Positions 63,671 through 64,000 of a stretch of DNA of 64,000 bases are shown piece by piece. This stretch comes from Octopus vulgaris (Eukaryota), in assembly GCA_951406725.2 (NCBI GenBank), contig OX597821.1, positions 117,304,001 to 117,368,000 of the forward strand, read 5' to 3'. A model generated the notes under the pieces. It saw only the letters and a list, made by a program, of their open reading frames with translations, was not told the DNA's origin and did not search any database. Made by a program: the position numbers and the translations under genes. Each line of letters opens with the position of its first letter. Position 1 is the first letter of the stretch.

Positions 63671-64000
63671 GTCTGAAGTTAATTTCTTCTATCAGTACAA
63701 GAAAAGTAGTTTTCCTGCAAGATGGTCTTTGGTCTTATCTGTCTTGCTCTAATTAAATTATGTAAAAGGAAAAGAAAAAAAGAAAAGGTATGGCTGCATG
63801 GTTAAGAAGCTTGTTTCTCAAAAATGTGGACTTGAGTTCAGTCCTGATGTATGGCACGTTGGACAAGTGGCGTCTACTATAACCACAACTAAAGCCTTGT
63901 GAGTGGATTTGGAAGACAGAAACTGAAAGAAGCCCATCGTGTGTATAACTGTGTTGTTGATGTCCCTTACAAATGCTTGACAACTGGTGTTAGTTTGTCT

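Overview
Eukaryotic, AT-rich, extremely repeat-dense non-coding DNA. The repeat repertoire (tRNA-headed SINEs with CORE-like domain and internal TA/TG microsatellites, RTE-clade LINE 3' ends with (GAT)n tails) is most consistent with an octopus or other coleoid cephalopod genome; this comes from recall, not from a search. No intact host protein-coding gene can be supported: nearly all ORFs in the track are artefacts of microsatellites or repeats. The only recognisable coding remnants belong to transposons: a frameshifted DD37D/maT transposase, an internally deleted mariner, and RTE and L2 reverse transcriptase fragments. The window also holds a Helitron, Helentron-type HINEs, and piggyBac, hAT, pogo and Tc1/mariner MITEs. 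The most notable signal is a set of type I hammerhead-ribozyme motifs in five unrelated sequence contexts (near 6.4, 13.7, 21.8, 44.1-44.3 and 60.1 kb). Two of them show the inverted partial-repeat architecture of Penelope-like elements. The one at 6292-6686 also carries a tRNA-derived Pol III head, making it a candidate hammerhead-bearing SINE mobilised by Penelope-like machinery. A CpG-retaining, promoter-like island at about 56.2-57.7 kb and a candidate minus-strand exon at 60760-61453 suggest the window may be the 5' region and long intron of a minus-strand gene (inference). Family letters A-F are my own labels. Repeat boundaries were read by eye and are approximate.
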